Assembly: GCA_963741955.1 (NCBI GenBank)
Contig: CAVUKB010000004.1
Coordinates: 608,001-672,000, forward strand
Reading direction: 5' to 3'
DNA: 64,000 bases
DNA from: an uncultured Acidobacteriota bacterium
Lineage (GTDB): Bacteria; Acidobacteriota; Thermoanaerobaculia; Gp7-AA8
Shown: one piece after another, positions 63,901-64,000 of the stretch
How the letters are laid out: each line of letters begins with the position of its first letter
How positions within the stretch are numbered: the first letter of the stretch is position 1
Position numbers and translations under genes: made by a program
The notes under the pieces: generated by a model
What the model saw: the letters and a program-made list of their open reading frames with translations, nothing else
What the model was told of the DNA's origin: nothing
Databases searched by the model: none

Positions 63901-64000
63901 TGTGGAGCGGCACCGGCTCGGCTCTGGTGGTGACCTTCCACTCTCCTGAAGGAACTGCCTCTCGTTCCCAGTCCCAGGTGTAGAACCCGTTGCCTTCGGC
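60998..64000 (-). CDS. Bacterial alpha-2-macroglobulin (5' part beyond the window)
   Basis: YPYGCAEQ thioester motif, VRKDF...LPESLTTYR, TQEN, EEMYEPE; frame open to the window edge. Confidence 0.95.
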   Translation of the reverse strand, partial: AEGNGFYTWDWEREAVPSGEWKVTTRAEPVPLHIPLDEGGYYVLKATARDGDGRFTRTYTSFYGIGAGYTAWQRYDHNRIDLVPERTHYKPGEHARIMIKSPWETATALLTTEREGVRTHREFTLTSTQQTVEIPVTEADIPNVFVSVLLVKGRTREAADESGNDPGKPAFRLGYTELTVDDASKRLDVDVKANRDEYRPATKAGIDVTVKDASGKPAAAEVTLWAVDYGVLSLTAYRTPDILESVWVPKSLQVFNEDSRQKIISRRVLTPKGADEGGGGGQDGGPGMVRKDFRVLAFWVGSVITDRRGRARTTITLPESLTTYRIMAVAADKASRFGRGESEIRINKPVLLTSTWPRFLNVGDKAHFGAVVHSQLKRAGDATVTIRSLDPSILDFPAETTRRVHVDANGSAEVRFDAVARAVGRARMQMSVRMGRESDAFEDSIPVEIPVSPETVAAYGQTKEKAVEQLSAPKDVIPSFGGLHVELSSTALVGLGEGARYLVEYPYGCAEQRSSRTLGLILASDLGEAFRLPGIEPDQLKVTAQQSLRELETFQCDDGGFAYWKGECRFESPFLTSYIVHVYQRAGTLGYTVDQAALGRAYDYLERQLSASAPEDPAWRPSWLAWQAYAVKVLTAGGRNEESAINRLWASLDRMPVFALAYLHDAISTKGGSSRASELRRRMTNAILPEGGTAHVEELNDPYLLLFWNSNVRSTAVVLRSLVESDQDAELAPRMVRWLLSERKKGRWSNTQENALVMEALVDYYKRYESEVPDFQASVSLGQTPLVSDSFEGRSTESKSDDVPMSKLLAATDEAAQPLVFSKSGTGTLFYAARLRYASSDPHLDALDQGIRVERHYTLLKGDGKDVTSVAAGDLLRVTLRLTLSKERRWVAVTDPIPAGFEPVETMFATTATTLVEAQQQSNEGDWLDWWKRGGFDHVERHDDRVDVFATRLSEGVHEYTYVLRATTAGTFITGPTHAEEMYEPEVFGRTASVVVGVSK

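Overview
GC-rich bacterial chromosome segment. Gene style suggests Acidobacteriota, possibly Thermoanaerobaculia (inference only). Housekeeping and metabolic genes: dnaE, fused kgd/sucA, metG, rmlC, a metB/metC-type lyase, agmatinase, trxC, deoC with two ALDH genes, iorAB with an ADP-forming acyl-CoA synthetase, a thiolase-like/DUF35 pair, alpha-2-macroglobulin with pbpC, and tRNA-Asp. Signalling genes: two histidine kinases, a GGDEF-EAL protein, an EAL protein, two receiver proteins, plus the Rho antagonist rof. The most unusual content is intergenic and mobile DNA. (1) A Y1/HUH RAYT-type transposase sits at the centre of four arrays of a non-palindromic GGGGTCAGGCC repeat whose orientation flips across the gene. 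(2) An IS4/IS701-like element is inserted in a REP/BIME array with a 27-bp hairpin target duplication; its AbrB-like ORF can fuse to the transposase by slippage at an A9 run. (3) An orphan Rhs toxin/DUF4288 module is followed by decayed attC-like hairpins. (4) Two MITE families. (5) Heptamer and nonamer tandem arrays. (6) A perfect 26-bp inverted repeat carrying -10 boxes for the divergent metG and rmlC genes. (7) The pbpC membrane anchor lies upstream of any canonical start codon. All calls come from reading the sequence and motif recognition; no searches were run.
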